Of a stretch of DNA of 51,459 bases, positions 44,181 through 51,459 are shown piece by piece. The position numbers were made by a program, and so were the translations under genes. The notes below the pieces were generated by a model. It was given only the letters and a program-made list of their open reading frames with translations. It did not search any database and was not told the DNA's origin. The DNA comes from a virus (Duplodnaviria > Caudoviricetes), in IMG/VR virus record IMGVR_UViG_3300025585_000057, positions 1 to 51,459 of that record. One strand, 5' to 3'. Numbering within the stretch: the first letter of the stretch is position 1; each line of letters begins with the position of its first letter.

Positions 44181-47100
44181 TGGCGGACATACTGGAACAA
44201 CCCGAAGACAACAACGATATCCCACCAGTACCTAGGATTAAACCTCTAAGTGCCAAAGCGCTGCAAGCCGACCGAGTGTCGGTTGCGATTAATCGGGGGC
44301 TTATGGGCAACCCGGCGGACGCCGCGAAGCGCAAAGAGTACTCGAAGGAACTCGGGGTAGAGCCACACGAGATCAGGGACTTGAACGAAGCGAAAGCGGA
44401 GGTGATCAAGAAACGGTCGCAGATGGACCAACTCATTGAGACGAATCCGGGGTTAGCCCGGTATTTGTTAAACAATCCGATTACTCCCGAATTGGCTTCT
44501 GAAGATCTGCCGGCGTTACATAAGATCGCCCGCATGTGGCGGCGTACTGCTCTCGATCCTATCGTGCAAGTTTTTGGCAAGGGCAGTTCGATGTTGGCGC
44601 AGGGCGCTGTTGGTGCCGCTGATATAGCGACCAGATTTGTTCCAGGTAAAACACAGGATCTGGGTAAGACGCTCGAAGACGCCGGGTTCAAGTTTAAAGA
44701 ACTCGATCAGATTCTCGAGGGGATGCTCTCGCCCGAACAACAGCTCGCGAACATGAAACGCGCAGAGCAAAAAACATTCACCGGTGCTTTGGAAGCGATG
44801 GTGGAAAGCCCGAGCGCGGCATCCGACATGGTGTTGAGTAGTCTGGCTGCGATGTACGGCGGCGGGGCACTTGGCGCTGTGCTGAAGAAGGTCGCGCCAG
44901 CAGCCAGCGCGGCTGTAGCGGCGGCACTTGGGGAGAGCGTGGTGATAACCGGCGGGTTGCAAGAGAAGATCCGCCAGGAATCTAAGACGGGCACCACAAC
45001 CGAGGCACAAAAATCAATAGCAACCTTGGCGGGCACGGCAGCCGGTGGGGTAAGCGCGATATCGAACGTCATAGCACGCAAACTGGGGCTACCGGATATC
45101 GATGCGTACATAGCCTCTGGCGGTCTTAAAAACGCCCTGAGTACCTCCGGCGTTCCTCCTTCTTTGGCCAAAGTGATCTTATCAGGCACCGTTGTGGAAG
45201 GGGCCGAGGAGATGTCACAATCGGCCTTGGAGAGTGTGGCCGAAAACGTAGCACTAGGCAAACAATGGGACGACGGTCTCGGTGCAGCCGCAGCTCAGGG
45301 CTTGGTAGCGGGGTCGCTGACTCAGCTCGGTTTCTCGCCGATGATGATTCGTGATGCACAGAATACGATCGAGGATAACATCTCGAGGGAGCGCCACAAG
45401 GCGGCTTCGGATGCGCTTCAGAATACTTTCAAAGCGATGCGTGCCGAGGGCACCCGCGACATGCTGGCGAAAGTCGGAGAGGCGGTATCGGAATCTAATC
45501 TGAGAAACTTATCCACAGATGCGTTCGCCGAATTCGTCGATCACATGACAGAGGATTCTGACGTGGATGCGGTCTACGTTCCGGTCGAGAAACTCGACGA
45601 AGTGCTGTTGCAGAGCGGCATGTCTGAGTCAGAACTTACTGACAAGATGCCAGAAGTTGCTGACAACATCCGTATCGCTCGTGCGACGAAAGGCGACGTT
45701 CGGATACCGGTCAAGGATTACCTGGTGAACTTCGCCGGAACACCAACAGAGAAATCCCTGCTCGATCACCTGAAGATCGATCCGGAAGGCATGACCTTCG
45801 CCGAATCCCAGGAGTTCATGCAATCGCAGAAAACCGAATTTGAAGCGCAGGCACAGCAAATCATAGCTGCCGATCAACCGGTATTGAGCGCGGAAGAGTA
45901 TGCGAAACAACCGGTGGAAGGTAAGACTTATAAACAATACCTGCAGGAACACCCCGATCAGAACGCCGTAATCGAGGCAGATTCAAAAAATGTTGAGCGG
46001 GTAATAGTAGGGGAACTAAATAAAGCCGGACGCTTTAATAGAGAGGCTAACGCGGTTTACGCGGTACCGTTCCGTGAGTTCTTCAGAACTGCGGCTATTC
46101 GAGAAACCCGGAGCACGGGTAAATTGGTAACGCCGACTGAAATATATGAACGCTATCCGCTCAAGTACCAAATGCGGGGCGAGACCCCAACGGCAACACC
46201 GGATACGCTGACGCAGCCGGTTACCGCTGCTACGCCCGAGGATTTCAAGACCGAGAACATTCAGGACATTCTGGAGAACGGCAACTGGATGATCGTCGCG
46301 GCGACCAATCCGAACGCCAGCACTTTGACTGACGAAGAGAATGAGAAGTTGCACGCGAAATTGTTGGCAGATCTTGATGCTCGCGGGTTGAAGTATGAAG
46401 TCGTGTACGGCAGATATCCCGGAGACGCGACAGAAATGCCCTCCGTGTTGGTATACGACGTTGACAACGCAACCGCTCGGGATTTCGCGAACAGATATGA
46501 TCAGGACTCAGTCCTGGTTCGTGATGGCTTTATCTACCGTGACGGGCAGGTTAAACCCCATCTAGGCAATGTGACGACGTATAGCGACACCGCGTCTGCG
46601 TTTTCCGCCGGCGGGTACACGAGAGTACCATCAACCGGTGCGATTTTCTCTGTTGATTTCGATTGGGATGCTAACGACAGGTATACACCCGGAGCTGATT
46701 TTTACACGCAACCTACGATACAGAAACCCGGATCGATGACCTTGGTCGGCGTGCACTACTCGCATGAGAAGAGAACTGTTCTCGACGGCATGAAGTACGG
46801 AACAGGGCTGACGGGCAAAGAAAGGGATCGGGTGTTGTACGGTGCTAATACCGATGACAATATCAAAACCAGAGTAGATTTCTACACCGACACCGGTAAC
46901 GGTGTTACTCCGGAGAGTGGCTTAGGTGGGGTTAAGCATGAAGTGCTGTTGACCGACATCTATGACGCATCGGTAAACCCGCTGAATCTCAGCTATCCGC
47001 CGACGTGGGACGGGGGCAATACCTTCGAGCAACAGGTACTCGCGAACGGGTTCAAAGGATACTTCGTAAATCAAGGCAAACAAGGTCGAGTGGTACTGCT

Positions 47101-50100
47101 GGGCGAAGCCGCTCGCGCCGTGCCGGTGCCAACACCGGAACAACTGGAGGAACAGAAATATGAACAACGCAGAAGAAGTGGGTTTCCATCGGCAGAGACA
47201 AGGGCGTATCAGGGCACTCGTGAAGCAGATGGAAGTCTCAAAGGGCTCCCCCGACAAGTCGGGGGATTCAACGCCGCGCACTACCGCAAAGCGGAAGAAG
47301 TAACCCGTAAATATATGGCCGATGCGGGGTTACCTTATAACCCGCCTAGTCAGTATGTCACCGTCGATCCGGAACGCGCAAAACGCATAGCGTCTGCATT
47401 CGACGCGATGAAGCACGATCCGCAAGATCCGCTGGTTAAGGAAGCCTATGCGGCGCTCGCAGCAGAAACTATAGCACAGTACAAAGCGGTGTTGGATTCA
47501 GGGCTCGTCATTGAGTTCATCGATTTCAGTAAAACGGGCGACCCGTATGAGGGCAACCCGCGCAAAATGACTGAGGATGTTATCAACAACAACCATATGT
47601 GGGTCTTCAGTACTCGCGAGGGTTTCGGATCTGATGCCGCCTTTGACCCTACAGATAACCCGCTGTTGGCAGAAACTGAATTTGAGATAAGCGGGCAGAA
47701 GGCTTTAGTTAACGATCTTTTCCGTGTTGTGCATGATTATTTCGGCCATGTAAAAGAGGGCGTTGGCTTCCGGGCCTCGGGCGAGGAGAACGCTTGGCGG
47801 GCGCACATGAGCATGTTCAGCCCACTTGCGGGCAGAGCTTTGACCACCGAGACTAGAGGGCAAAATTCTTGGGTGAATTTCGGACCTTACGCGGAGCACA
47901 ACAAAACGGCCAGCGGAGCTGACACGCATTACGCGGATCAGAAGATCGGGCTGTTACCCGAATGGGTCTCGGCTGATGGAGTCAACGATTCTGTAGGAGC
48001 GGAGGGGTACCAGCAATCGGCTCGTCGTTTGATGCTGAAGACGGAGAACCTCAAAAAGTATGGTTTGAAACCCGGCGGTAAATACACCACACGGGAAGTC
48101 GTCGCGGCTCTCGAGGCGCGTCAACGCGATAAATACGGGATCATCGAAAAGGGCGATTATTCTGAAGAAGCTATAAATAAAATCTCTAGTTGGATAGCGG
48201 AAGAGGTTCGCTTTGAAATGTCGGACCCCGACAACTCCGGTCTCGGGTGGTATTCGTGGAAATACCAGAGGGCGCTCGATATCATGGGGGAAAAATACCC
48301 CGAATTGCTAACAGATAAAAACGCTCGCAGCACATTTACCGCGTTGTTAGCGATAACGTCTGACGGTAACCGTCCGAGTATCAACACGATATTGGCGGAC
48401 GTCGCTTACGCGGAGTACCGCAAGACGGGACGTTTTGGGTCTCTGGAGGGCAAAACTGCACGCACAAATATACCTGTCGTAATCTCCCGCCTACAGTCCT
48501 TATACGACGAGTTCGGCGGAGATGTAGAAAAGGTGCACCAATACCTGATGTCTGAAAAGACCTTAGGGGAGCTGAAGCGCGAAGCGGAAGCAGCGGGTAA
48601 AACACTGTCCTCGCCGTATGAAGTATCTACTATGCTGCCTATGGCGGCGCTGGAATTCGGGCCGAAACTTGGCGCTTTCTACGCGAATCTCATGGGCTCA
48701 CATGGGTACCTCACGATGGATCGGTGGTGGTCTAGGACTTTTAATCGGTATCGTGGGTTGTTACTGACGGCACCTACCAAGGAAGGGCTCAACACGTTCA
48801 GGAACCTGATAGGCCAACCGGAGTTAAGCGACGACGAGGTTGTGTCGGCGGTAGTACCGTTCGCGGAAAGACTAGGGGCACGTAAGTTCAAAACCCGCTT
48901 GGCGCAATTGGTTGGCAAGTCCGAGCCTTCGAAAAAGGCGGATGCTGAAAAGTGGATGAAGATTGCGAGAGAGAAAGCGGGTGACGCTTTCGAAGAGTTG
49001 CTCGCGGAGCACAACATAGAGAGGGCTGCTAACACTATATATAAAGCAGCTTTTATCAGCATAGAGGATTCACCTTTCGGCGCAAAGGATCGTACCTTCA
49101 TGATCAATGCGACAAAGAAAGCACGGCGTAAATTGAAGGCGACCGGGTTGGACATAAGCATATCCGACATCCAGGCGGTTTTATGGTTCTTCGAGAAAAA
49201 ACTATACGGAGAACTTGGTACTAAATTTTCAGGAACGGTATCCTATGAAGACACAGCAAGAAAAATTATCAGTGGACAACTCACTGCCTCCGATCTCGGA
49301 TCCGAAGACGATGGAGCTATTGACGGGGTTGATGAGGAAGAAGTTTCTGTCGGGGACGAAGACTATGCCGATGAAGGGGGCTACCAACAGTCCTCCTTCT
49401 ACTCAGCCCTAGAACGCGAAATCGGCGGACTCAATAAGATCGCGAATAAGGAAGGCTCGGTAAAACCCGACCAAGCGATCAAGTGGATCGAGGCGCGACA
49501 GAAAGAGGGCAAGTTTAAGAAAGAGGAAGTCGAGGCTGTCGGCGTCCTCGATTGGTTACAGACGAGAACGGGCGACGTGAAGGTCGCCGCTGTCGAGGAT
49601 TTCGTTCGCCAGAACGGTGTGCAGTTAGAAGTAATGGTGTTAGGTGATAATCCCATAGACGAGGATCGTGTTTACGAGGTCGCTAGAGAGAGCTTCTTTA
49701 ACAACTTCGATGTGTACCAACACCCCTACTATGAAAGTTTGATCGAAAATGCGGTTCGCGACACTGCGCGGGAGATGCTGGACGACCCTGAGCATCTGGT
49801 TTGGGAACTCTACGGGGAGAATTGGCACGACACTGAGGACCTCGAAAGTTACTCCCGAGACGATGTATCCGAGTTAGCGCGTCGTCTGCAGGAGTCTCTG
49901 TCTGTTTACGAGATAATAGGAGAGGACGTCGAGGATGATATCAGGGATGAAGTGTACACCCTCGTTTGGGACGAGGAGTCAGATTATTATCTGGATGACG
50001 CCCGAACGTTCCTTCAGGAACAAGAAGGGAGCTACCCGGCAGAATTCGAGGACTACCAACTAGACGGCGGGGAGAATTACCGAGAGATCCTCTTCCGGTT

Positions 50101-51459
50101 GCCTTATCTCGACCTCCGAAGCAGTTTCGACGCCCCCCATTTCAGGGAAGAATTATCGGAAAACCTTATAGCACACACACGGGTCAATGAGCGCTTCGCT
50201 AAGAACTACACGCCTGAGGAACAGGCACAACTAGATGAATTTAAAAAACAGCACGCGGAGTGGGTTGCGGGTAATAGAACCCAGGAGATACAAGACCTAT
50301 TCGCCGCGTTGAATAAGGCCTACGAGGATCTTCGCAACGCGGCTAACGGGCGCATCATTACGCCTGAATTAGAGGCTGAAGATCCCGTACTTGCAGAAGC
50401 TGCGGATCGCGATCGTAGGCTGTCCGCAGAAATCAAAGCACTACAAGAAACCCGCCGAGCGGCAGAACCCAAGCGCCCCGATATAAAACCCAAAACGGAG
50501 AAGGTGCTCTTTGTCGAGGAAGTGCAATCAGATTGGGCGCAGCAAGGACGGGACTTCGGGTTCATCTTGAAAAACCCACCTAAACTCACAGCGGACGAAC
50601 TTGAGTACGAAGCGATAATCGCCCGTATATCTAGTCCCGAAAATTCTGAATTGAATAAAATAGCAGGGCTCCCTCCAACGAGAGAGGAACAGGAGCGACT
50701 GGAAGAACTCCGCGCACATAATGTCGACAAGTCATATAAGAAGAAGATTAAACCGGATATTAAAGCTGCACCCTTTGTTACCGACACCCAGGCATGGGTG
50801 ACGCTAGTAACTAAGCGCCTCTTACGTTATGCAGCCGAAAACGGATTCACCAGGATTAGTTGGACTACAGGAGCCCAGCAGGCGGAGCGGTACCGTGCCG
50901 CTCTGTTAGCTCAAGTTGATGAGATACTCTACTCTAAGAATAAATACGGTACCTATAGCTTCGAACTGTACAAGAACGGCAATCCGTCGAACCAAAGGAT
51001 ATGGGAGGAAAACGTTTCCGCAGACCGTATCATGGCGGTGTTCGGAAAGGATATCGGCGAGAAGATAGTAAACGGCCCTGTTACTGAGGGCGACAATAAG
51101 AATGTTATATCTGCCGACGGCTTAACCGTCGGGGGTCAGGGCATGAAGGACTTCTACGACAAACTGCTGCCTTCAGTGGTATCTAAAGTAACGAAGTCCC
51201 TCGGGGGATCCGGTAAGATTGAAATTATCGATTTCACCGGTAAGGGCAAAGTCTACGATGACGAAATCGGTGTGCAGCAGTCGATAGCCATTACCCCTGC
51301 TATGGTTGAGAAGATCATGTCGGGGCTGCCGCTGTTCAAGGGCGAGAGGGGTAGTTTTAACCCGAACACCTTCATTACCACGTTGACCGATGGCAGCGAC
51401 AAATCAACGGTAATCCACGAAGGCGGGCACTTCTACCTGGAAGCTCTTGCGGATATGGC
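44180..51459 (+). CDS. Giant internal virion / large polyvalent protein, N-terminal 2426 aa (3' truncated; absent from ORF track)
   Basis: ATG overlaps the previous stop (TAATG). Manual translation stays open to the window end (...DKSTVIHEGGHFYLEALADMA). Ala/Gly hydrophobic helices near the N-terminus, then several enzyme-like domains. Confidence 0.9.
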   Translation, partial: MADILEQPEDNNDIPPVPRIKPLSAKALQADRVSVAINRGLMGNPADAAKRKEYSKELGVEPHEIRDLNEAKAEVIKKRSQMDQLIETNPGLARYLLNNPITPELASEDLPALHKIARMWRRTALDPIVQVFGKGSSMLAQGAVGAADIATRFVPGKTQDLGKTLEDAGFKFKELDQILEGMLSPEQQLANMKRAEQKTFTGALEAMVESPSAASDMVLSSLAAMYGGGALGAVLKKVAPAASAAVAAALGESVVITGGLQEKIRQESKTGTTTEAQKSIATLAGTAAGGVSAISNVIARKLGLPDIDAYIASGGLKNALSTSGVPPSLAKVILSGTVVEGAEEMSQSALESVAENVALGKQWDDGLGAAAAQGLVAGSLTQLGFSPMMIRDAQNTIEDNISRERHKAASDALQNTFKAMRAEGTRDMLAKVGEAVSESNLRNLSTDAFAEFVDHMTEDSDVDAVYVPVEKLDEVLLQSGMSESELTDKMPEVADNIRIARATKGDVRIPVKDYLVNFAGTPTEKSLLDHLKIDPEGMTFAESQEFMQSQKTEFEAQAQQIIAADQPVLSAEEYAKQPVEGKTYKQYLQEHPDQNAVIEADSKNVERVIVGELNKAGRFNREANAVYAVPFREFFRTAAIRETRSTGKLVTPTEIYERYPLKYQMRGETPTATPDTLTQPVTAATPEDFKTENIQDILENGNWMIVAATNPNASTLTDEENEKLHAKLLADLDARGLKYEVVYGRYPGDATEMPSVLVYDVDNATARDFANRYDQDSVLVRDGFIYRDGQVKPHLGNVTTYSDTASAFSAGGYTRVPSTGAIFSVDFDWDANDRYTPGADFYTQPTIQKPGSMTLVGVHYSHEKRTVLDGMKYGTGLTGKERDRVLYGANTDDNIKTRVDFYTDTGNGVTPESGLGGVKHEVLLTDIYDASVNPLNLSYPPTWDGGNTFEQQVLANGFKGYFVNQGKQGRVVLLGEAARAVPVPTPEQLEEQKYEQRRRSGFPSAETRAYQGTREADGSLKGLPRQVGGFNAAHYRKAEEVTRKYMADAGLPYNPPSQYVTVDPERAKRIASAFDAMKHDPQDPLVKEAYAALAAETIAQYKAVLDSGLVIEFIDFSKTGDPYEGNPRKMTEDVINNNHMWVFSTREGFGSDAAFDPTDNPLLAETEFEISGQKALVNDLFRVVHDYFGHVKEGVGFRASGEENAWRAHMSMFSPLAGRALTTETRGQNSWVNFGPYAEHNKTASGADTHYADQKIGLLPEWVSADGVNDSVGAEGYQQSARRLMLKTENLKKYGLKPGGKYTTREVVAALEARQRDKYGIIEKGDYSEEAINKISSWIAEEVRFEMSDPDNSGLGWYSWKYQRALDIMGEKYPELLTDKNARSTFTALLAITSDGNRPSINTILADVAYAEYRKTGRFGSLEGKTARTNIPVVISRLQSLYDEFGGDVEKVHQYLMSEKTLGELKREAEAAGKTLSSPYEVSTMLPMAALEFGPKLGAFYANLMGSHGYLTMDRWWSRTFNRYRGLLLTAPTKEGLNTFRNLIGQPELSDDEVVSAVVPFAERLGARKFKTRLAQLVGKSEPSKKADAEKWMKIAREKAGDAFEELLAEHNIERAANTIYKAAFISIEDSPFGAKDRTFMINATKKARRKLKATGLDISISDIQAVLWFFEKKLYGELGTKFSGTVSYEDTARKIISGQLTASDLGSEDDGAIDGVDEEEVSVGDEDYADEGGYQQSSFYSALEREIGGLNKIANKEGSVKPDQAIKWIEARQKEGKFKKEEVEAVGVLDWLQTRTGDVKVAAVEDFVRQNGVQLEVMVLGDNPIDEDRVYEVARESFFNNFDVYQHPYYESLIENAVRDTAREMLDDPEHLVWELYGENWHDTEDLESYSRDDVSELARRLQESLSVYEIIGEDVEDDIRDEVYTLVWDEESDYYLDDARTFLQEQEGSYPAEFEDYQLDGGENYREILFRLPYLDLRSSFDAPHFREELSENLIAHTRVNERFAKNYTPEEQAQLDEFKKQHAEWVAGNRTQEIQDLFAALNKAYEDLRNAANGRIITPELEAEDPVLAEAADRDRRLSAEIKALQETRRAAEPKRPDIKPKTEKVLFVEEVQSDWAQQGRDFGFILKNPPKLTADELEYEAIIARISSPENSELNKIAGLPPTREEQERLEELRAHNVDKSYKKKIKPDIKAAPFVTDTQAWVTLVTKRLLRYAAENGFTRISWTTGAQQAERYRAALLAQVDEILYSKNKYGTYSFELYKNGNPSNQRIWEENVSADRIMAVFGKDIGEKIVNGPVTEGDNKNVISADGLTVGGQGMKDFYDKLLPSVVSKVTKSLGGSGKIEIIDFTGKGKVYDDEIGVQQSIAITPAMVEKIMSGLPLFKGERGSFNPNTFITTLTDGSDKSTVIHEGGHFYLEALADM

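Noticed and set aside
44161-50787. The many minus-strand ORFs and ORF 49215..49412 listed in this interval
   Set aside because: They are shadows of the single unlisted + strand ORF starting at 44180.
1-51459. Exact circular genome or terminal repeat
   Set aside because: I saw no sequence overlap between the ends, and a direct join breaks the frame of the giant gene.

Overview
The window is a nearly complete, circularly permuted genome of a tailed dsDNA phage with podovirus-type morphogenesis genes. The host is Gram-negative, judged from the embedded Rz/Rz1 spanins. Modules: (i) lysis genes at 4.8-6.4 kb, with the M15 endolysin displaced to 18.3 kb; (ii) a minus-strand replication arm (DUF2800 nuclease, DUF2815 SSB, family A DNA polymerase, VRR-NUC, SNF2 helicase, TraR/DksA), diverging from a Cro-like gene and a primase-helicase; (iii) small early or accessory genes and a 1.1 kb non-coding region with hairpins, G-tracts and helically phased repeats, a probable origin or packaging region; (iv) terS, a 7 kb block of fibre/decoration-like genes with three tandem glycine-rich paralogues, and terL interrupted by two inteins; (v) portal, scaffold, capsid, tail tube A/B and internal virion proteins. 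The ORF track misses the largest gene. An ORF opens at 44180, runs off the right end (2426 codons) and evidently continues as 3..3584. Together they form a >3600 aa polyvalent ejection protein with five cargo domains separated by a repeated (Y/L)xQ linker. I saw no integrase, tRNA, CRISPR array or reverse transcriptase. All protein assignments come from motif recognition by eye; no database searches were run.
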